The translations under genes were made by a program, and so were the position numbers. Shown here one piece after another: positions 32,701-35,476 of a DNA stretch of 35,476 nucleotides. The notes under the pieces are model-generated. The model was not told the origin of the DNA. It saw nothing but the letters and a program-made list of their open reading frames with translations, and did not search any database. Position 1 is the first letter of the stretch. Each line of letters opens with the position of its first letter. This stretch comes from an uncultured Candidatus Saccharibacteria bacterium (lineage in GTDB: Bacteria; Patescibacteriota; WWE3; UBA101185; UBA10185), in contig CAZLHE010000003.1 of the NCBI GenBank assembly GCA_964559585.1, positions 1-35,476 of the forward strand, written 5' to 3'.

Positions 32701-34791
32701 AGCGGCGAGTTTAAAGTAACACACTCCCAGGGCTACTCTGAATTTATAGGTAAAAATGGAAATATAGAGCACACATTAAAGGTATTTGTAGATAAACAGG
32801 ATCCTGTGAAGATATTAAAGCTAACTTTAGCAAATAATAGTAATTATAGTAAGAAGATAGAGTGTTCCCATTACGTTGAATTTGTTTTAGGGGAGCATGG
32901 GAATTTAACTCAAGAAAACCTAAATATTAAATTTGAATCTGTAAGGCAAAGCATAATTGCTAGAAATCTTTTTAACGATTCCTTTACAAATCAGTTAGCT
33001 TTTATGGCTACAAGCAGACCAATAATTGCGGCAACTTCGGACAGGAAGAAATTTTTTGGCAGAGGTAGCTCTAGAAAAACACCGTTGTGGGTGTTGAATA
33101 ATAAGAAAGGTGTTACAGGGTTCAAGTCCGTTTCTGATAAATGCGGGGTTTTAACTACTGAAGTGGAAATTCCAAGTAACTCCCAAGTAAGTTTAGTATT
33201 TTTATTAGGACAAACTGATGAAATTGACAATGTAGGTTCATTAATTGATAAGTACACTAGTTTAGACCGGGTAGATAAAAGTTTTGAAGAAGTAAAGGAA
33301 TTATGGAACAAGCTTCAGTCTACTATTACGGTTAAAACCCCAGATAGTAAATTTGATTACCTGGTGAATAACTGGCTCCTTTACCAAGTGTTGTCCTGCC
33401 GTTTATATGGGCGAACATCTTTCTATCAAGCAGCAGGAGCTTTTGGTTTTAGAGATCAGTTGCAGGATGTTATGGCTCTGGTTTATGCCGACCCTAAGAA
33501 ATTAAGGAATCATATAATTTTATGCTGTGGCCACCAATTTAAAGAAGGAGATGTGCAACACTGGTGGCACTATCCGTCAAATGCGGGTGTTAGAACAAAA
33601 ATCAGTGACGATTTGTTGTGGCTTCCTTATGTAGTGAGTTACTACATTGAAAAAACCGGAGACACCGGTATCTTAAATGAAGAAGTTTCCTATTTAGAAA
33701 TGCAGGCTTTAGAACAGCACGAAGAAAGTGTATATGGTATTCCTAGCGTTTCGGGGGAACGAGGTAATGTGCTTGATCACTGTTTGAGGGCCATAAATAA
33801 ATCCCTAAATTTTGGAGCTCACGGACTGCCTTTAATTGGTTCCGGTGACTGGAACGATAGTTTAAATAGCGTAGGAGACGAGGGAAAAGGAGAAAGTGTC
33901 TGGTTAGGGATGTTTCTATTTGCTGTGTTAGATAACTTTACGGAAGTTTTAGAAAATACTGACCATAAAGAAGAATTATCCAGATATATGTCAGTTTCCG
34001 AAGAACTTAAGAAAAATCTAGATGTAAGTGGTTGGGATGGGGATTGGTATATAAGAGCTTTTTACGATGATGGTACTCCTTTGGGTTCCCATATTAATAA
34101 CGAATGTATCATTGACTCTATCTCGCAATCGTGGAGTGTAATTTCTAAAGTAGCAGCTCCTGAAAAGGCAATAAAAGCTATGGAAAGTCATGAAAAATAT
34201 CTTGAAAATAAGGATAGGAAGCTAATTAACTTACTCACACCACCTTTTAAGGACTCAGCACCTTTCCCGGGGTATATACAAGGTTATCCTGAGGGAATAA
34301 GGGAAAACGGGGGGCAGTATACGCACGGAGCGCTTTGGGCCGTGAGAGCCTACGCGATGCAAAAAAGAGGAGATAAAGCCTATGAATTGTTCGATATGCT
34401 AAACCCAATTAGTCGTTCGCTTGACAAAAAGAGCGTAGCAGAATACAAATCTGAACCTTACGTAATGGTAGCGGATGTCTACTCTAATCCACAACATTTG
34501 GGAAGGGGCGGTTGGAGTTGGTACACAGGATCAGCGGGTTTGATTTATCGTATTGGTATAGAAGATATATTGGGTTTTAAGAAGTATCCTGATTTCTTCA
34601 CTTTGGATCCGGTTATTCCAGGAGTTTGGGATGCCTTTGAGATGAAGTACACTTATGGAAAGACTACCTATAATATAAATGTTAAAAGAGGTGAGAACAC
34701 GGGTTTGTACATAGGTGGCAAAAAGTCTGATGAAAATAAAGTATTTTTAAAGGATGATATCGGGGATATAGAGGTTTCTTTAGTTATCTAA
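26728..34791 (+). CDS. giant multidomain cyclic beta-1,2-glucan synthase-like protein (N-terminal domain, GT84, TM block, central alpha-helical domain, C-terminal GH94)
   Basis: Uninterrupted 2,687-aa frame. Processive-GT motifs are LDEDT (nt 28531-28545) and RWVRGDWQLLPW (nt 28978-29013). Hydrophobic clusters lie at about aa 385-450 and 790-960. GH94-like motifs are FRDQLQD (nt 33448-33468), GDWND (nt 33844-33858) and ENGGQYTHGALW. Size and domain order match Cgs/NdvB/ChvB. Confidence 0.85.
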   Translation: MNNKINFYTLGRDLSIKKKFPSKRLFSLFKSNEELDYKSLFIGINDLYTYLVVEYEKNPEIVPLSASWILDNYYLISQQSVIFKDTFKPKILKKLPLVEYENIYFQVHYIAKKYLEITSCEFSQESLIPFLKGYQKIYPLSSVELWILPTVIRYELLRSLLIRGQEIKEKIQNGKFANRVVEEISLNLSKGKNPIKRVRKILHVADINPHVLLSVLEDIRELDYRVEDTLELIEGKIHEDDLNLEEFTRASVLRDLDLKQNLNNTVTSIKNFSYINWNKLFNRVSIVESTLMNDPANVYPLMDEISKDRYRHVIEDMSVNSNFSESEIARKVVETAEASNIDIQRHVGFHLIDNGYFEFSNKVGFKPSLKGKIKDLMKKHPYISYIGSIVFLTFLFSAISFLVFVSITHHTSFVVLALISQLIPVSNISIFFVNKIFILFLPPALPPKIDLVDRVPEDCKTLIVVPCLLPSNEKIDSLVSDLEKRFLSNKYNNLYFALLSDYKDSNEIESEEDKKPLLYLRRKIRKLNLKHRAAGFDVFYLFHRNRLFNEKENVWMGWERKRGKLLELVDWLTRKKDSIATTFSVIDGNIDKLQNIKYVITLDEDTMLPADISLKLIGAMTHPLNVPVLDHGKKIVVRGYGFIQPKIIIEPEAENLSPFTKIFVAESGYDSYSTAVSDIYQDLFNRSNFMGKGIFDVWAIKESLGERFPENKLLSHDLIESCFAKAGFLSDTSLMEEFPSAFRSYLSRDNRWVRGDWQLLPWLLPHIVTTDGRKIKNPLDLLSYWMIVDNLRRSLVLPAYLLLFVLGWLFIPSALLTFYIAVLFFAPLFIDIFSIKKFIVHKIPFVEKLKLSLIFMIGKTTFIFTSFVLLWSLAFNKVNAVITTLYRLSLNRRLLEWTTHRDVEQLKSKQNSVWDLLISKFTFFNLVILAALFLLNRFSFLNISIIVLWALSPLYIFYISKLYPKPKFSDQIKDKEKMLFYAKKIWSFFEEYTNEESNYLPPDNLQLSPVKKVTYRTSPTNIGFYLLSLLSSYDLNIIDLDNLLDKLEKTLGTLYKLPKYRGHIYNWYDLKTLEPLNPYISTADSGNFVVSLMLLESSCLSLSQDIKKESVEQSKRLLKLSHLIKRLYTKTDFTFLYDKDLSIFSIGFNTLTKKKDGSYYDLLASEARIVSYVAIALDQVELKHWFKLGRPLRVRNGKFYLMSWGGTIFEYLLPTLLFNEKNNTILSQTSREIYYFQKKYAADNGIPFGVSESNFDAFDFDYNYQYKMMGVPGLALKRYDTKDLVVSPYSTFLSLMINPTEAEENLHLLENEGVFGAYGFFESVDFNRSVENPKKGENVKIYTAHHQGMSLVAINNVLNEKIMIDRLQKNDYIKSCEVLLDEKIPEVSNVVEPNQYTLDRRLTLVRKFEKERVRYSNTPNTLFPLAQIYGNGSYMLMITNSGASYSKFKDTYINRFNEDFTLDSSGSHIYIKDVDLNYAWSATYQPTLTNPDEYEVKFYAEYAQFHRIDKKTETELNIFVPPEKNFEIRELTLSNKSSMSKSYEITTYTEIMLDEYKSGINHPAFNKLFIETDYENGMLTARRKKRYFHDIEKYAFHFAFSEDGDLSVDSYDTSRPNFVGRLKSVQNPAALNSALTNSVGTVLDPIFSLRYKVNVKPGETRKIHFVYGYAANLHEVRATKDLLFSKEEIQELRYLNSHYIEAKRTHLGIDVRQELSFQKVASRLVYSDHRLKEQINIDYTKEKRILYRFGISGENKLLVLKVNSKNIELVRNMALLHEYFRLLRFRFDLVFIIDETQSYEENLERGVYEVIETSLPHPYKDSGVYTLNVNNMSLEERFTLLSLARIVFDTSLGSLDEQINFASSSGTPDTVAFKEAAQQELIGSISLVKNVSEDLIYYNGLGGFTSEGKSYVIKFSPENPTPLPWSNVISNEKFGTLVTESGLGYTWNINSQINKITPWSNDFVSDPQGEVLYLKDLDSGSIFSATPLPNKSGEFKVTHSQGYSEFIGKNGNIEHTLKVFVDKQDPVKILKLTLANNSNYSKKIECSHYVEFVLGEHGNLTQENLNIKFESVRQSIIARNLFNDSFTNQLAFMATSRPIIAATSDRKKFFGRGSSRKTPLWVLNNKKGVTGFKSVSDKCGVLTTEVEIPSNSQVSLVFLLGQTDEIDNVGSLIDKYTSLDRVDKSFEEVKELWNKLQSTITVKTPDSKFDYLVNNWLLYQVLSCRLYGRTSFYQAAGAFGFRDQLQDVMALVYADPKKLRNHIILCCGHQFKEGDVQHWWHYPSNAGVRTKISDDLLWLPYVVSYYIEKTGDTGILNEEVSYLEMQALEQHEESVYGIPSVSGERGNVLDHCLRAINKSLNFGAHGLPLIGSGDWNDSLNSVGDEGKGESVWLGMFLFAVLDNFTEVLENTDHKEELSRYMSVSEELKKNLDVSGWDGDWYIRAFYDDGTPLGSHINNECIIDSISQSWSVISKVAAPEKAIKAMESHEKYLENKDRKLINLLTPPFKDSAPFPGYIQGYPEGIRENGGQYTHGALWAVRAYAMQKRGDKAYELFDMLNPISRSLDKKSVAEYKSEPYVMVADVYSNPQHLGRGGWSWYTGSAGLIYRIGIEDILGFKKYPDFFTLDPVIPGVWDAFEMKYTYGKTTYNINVKRGENTGLYIGGKKSDENKVFLKDDIGDIEVSLVI

Positions 34792-34844
34792 TAAACCATC
34801 CCCTTCTCTTTCAATAATGATACTATTTTATAGATACTCATTTT

Positions 34845-35476
34845 ATGAAAAAAGAAATTCTCGACTCAATATTTAGAGCTTACGATATCAGAGGCAAGTA
34901 TCCCTCGCAGTTGAATAAAGAATTCTACGAGTGTCTTGGAAAAGCTTATGTGACCTTTTTTAAACCAAGAAAGGTGGTTATAGGTTATGATATGAGACCG
35001 GAAAGTGTTGAGTTAAAAGGAGCTCTGATAGATGGTGTGCGCCAAATGGGTTGTGATGTTGTAGATTTGGGAGAAATTGCCACCGAGATGCTATATTTTG
35101 CCGTTGGGGAGAACCATAATACATTTAACGGAGGTATTGTAATCACCGCTTCTCACAATGGAGTCGGTTGGAATGGCTGTAAGCTGGTAACTAAGAAAGC
35201 GAAACCAGTTAGCGGTATAACCGGTCTAATGGATTTAAAAAGAATAATTTTGGAGGATAGATACGAAAAGGTTTCAGAAGAAGTGGGTACTTTAGAAGAG
35301 TTAGACATATATCCAGCATATAGAGATAAGGTTTTATCCTTTATAACTTCCAAAAACAGGTGTCCTTTAAATATAGTTGTTGATGCCGGCAACGGTATGG
35401 GCGGAAAAGTCTTTGATTATGTTTTTGATAAATTGGATATAGATGTAGAGAGGATGTATTTCAATCCGGATGGAAC
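34845..35476 (+). CDS. phosphomannomutase/phosphoglucomutase (alpha-D-phosphohexomutase), partial (N-terminal ~210 codons)
   Basis: My translation from ATG 34845 is MKKEILDSIFRAYDIRGKYP...GGIVITASHNGVGWNGCKL... It contains the RAYDIRG and active-site TASHN motifs and runs off the right edge. It is absent from the ORF track because it has no stop in the window. Confidence 0.85.
   Translation, partial: MKKEILDSIFRAYDIRGKYPSQLNKEFYECLGKAYVTFFKPRKVVIGYDMRPESVELKGALIDGVRQMGCDVVDLGEIATEMLYFAVGENHNTFNGGIVITASHNGVGWNGCKLVTKKAKPVSGITGLMDLKRIILEDRYEKVSEEVGTLEELDIYPAYRDKVLSFITSKNRCPLNIVVDAGNGMGGKVFDYVFDKLDIDVERMYFNPDG

Noticed and set aside
1-35476. Numerous 60-116-aa ORF-track entries nested inside or antisense to larger genes (for example 1500-1715, 4326-4583, 12088-12438, 22111-22461, 27511-27777, 27879-28205, 32991-33311, 35153-35392)
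   Set aside because: Each lies wholly within a longer ORF that has clear family motifs on the other strand or frame. They lack start-site signals and have the skewed composition expected of shadow frames.

Overview
AT-rich, tightly packed bacterial chromosomal segment in the standard genetic code: TGA is used as a stop, for example at 23849-23851. tRNA-Tyr has a long variable arm, which marks it as bacterial. I support about 31 CDS, of which 2 are truncated by the window edges. I also support 5 tRNA genes, one decayed gene remnant, and several terminators and promoter-like elements. I saw no rRNA, CRISPR array, transposase or integrase.

Housekeeping genes: trxB, trpS, pyrH, fba, a cyclophilin, and M16 and M20 peptidases.

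These are interleaved with an unusually glycan-centred gene set:
- two GT-C membrane glycosyltransferases
- a GT28 glycolipid synthase
- a GH1 plus anchored GH-A glycosidase operon
- a ROK kinase
- a phosphohexomutase
- one 8,064-nt gene (26728-34791) with the full domain order of a cyclic beta-1,2-glucan synthase

The small genes, gene decay and gene content resemble a reduced-genome uncultured lineage (Patescibacteria/CPR-like). That placement is inference only.

Most noteworthy observations:
1. The giant glucan-synthase-like gene.
2. A two-tRNA unit at 16179-16409. One tRNA has a Gly-type acceptor stem but a UGA anticodon. The other carries a ~70-nt insertion in its anticodon loop. Neither encodes CCA, unlike the three canonical tRNAs in the window.
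3. -10 promoter hexamers recur 6-8 nt upstream of start codons, which suggests widespread leaderless mRNAs.
4. A promoter plus terminator/antiterminator leader lies upstream of the M20 peptidase.
5. An orphan Cas4-like Fe-S nuclease sits in a locally GC-richer patch.
6. A UDP-glucuronate-decarboxylase-like gene remnant has collapsed to ~230 nt.

All calls come from reading motifs by eye. No database search was run.
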